Positions 63,881 to 64,000 of a stretch of 64,000 nt of DNA are shown piece by piece (position 1 is the stretch's first letter; each line of letters begins with the position of its first letter). Both the position numbers and the translations under genes were made by a program. Source of the stretch: Sphagnum compactum (lineage: Eukaryota); contig OZ234493.1 of NCBI GenBank assembly GCA_965153455.1, forward strand, positions 18,218,213 to 18,282,212. The letters are read 5' to 3'. A model generated the notes under the pieces. That model made no database searches. It saw only the letters and a list, made by a program, of their open reading frames with translations, and was not told where the DNA came from.

Positions 63881-64000
63881 TTTGTTGGCCTTGCCTACCA
63901 AGGCAAGGATATTGTGTTCAGATTCATTATAGAGTATAGTAGCTTCATGGATTTTGGCCCCAAGGTAATAAGTCTATTTTTATATGAGGATTTTTGAAAG
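63881..64000 (+). mobile_element. Helentron/HINE-like element, third copy (cut by the window end)
   Basis: TTTGTTGGCCTTGCCTACCAAGGCAAGGATATTGTGTT...GAGGATTTTTGAAAG is nearly identical to 31968-32089. Confidence 0.8.

Overview
Eukaryotic nuclear DNA from a land plant. It has GT-AG introns, AT-rich intergenic tracts and telo-boxes. The gene and repeat content suggests a moss, Sphagnum-like by my inference, which the window alone does not prove. Five intron-containing genes could be assembled by hand: a small plastid-targeted membrane protein (+, 1366-3453), a CAH3-type thylakoid-lumen alpha-carbonic anhydrase (-, 5159 to at least 7994, 5' end unresolved), an N-acylated LRR protein (-, 10748-13589), acireductone dioxygenase (+, 37248-39355) and a long COR27/28-like protein (-, 41707-45465). 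There are two intron-bearing pseudogenes: a nuclear group II intron maturase (MatR-like) and SYP81. Mobile DNA includes a full-length GC-rich RTE LINE with a target-site duplication (TSD), decayed CRE-like, L1, copia and hAT remnants, several MITEs, a U2 snRNA 5'-fragment retrocopy with a 16-bp TSD, and a multi-copy ~320-bp element with Helentron/HINE-type ends. Protein family calls come from recalled motifs; no searches were run.
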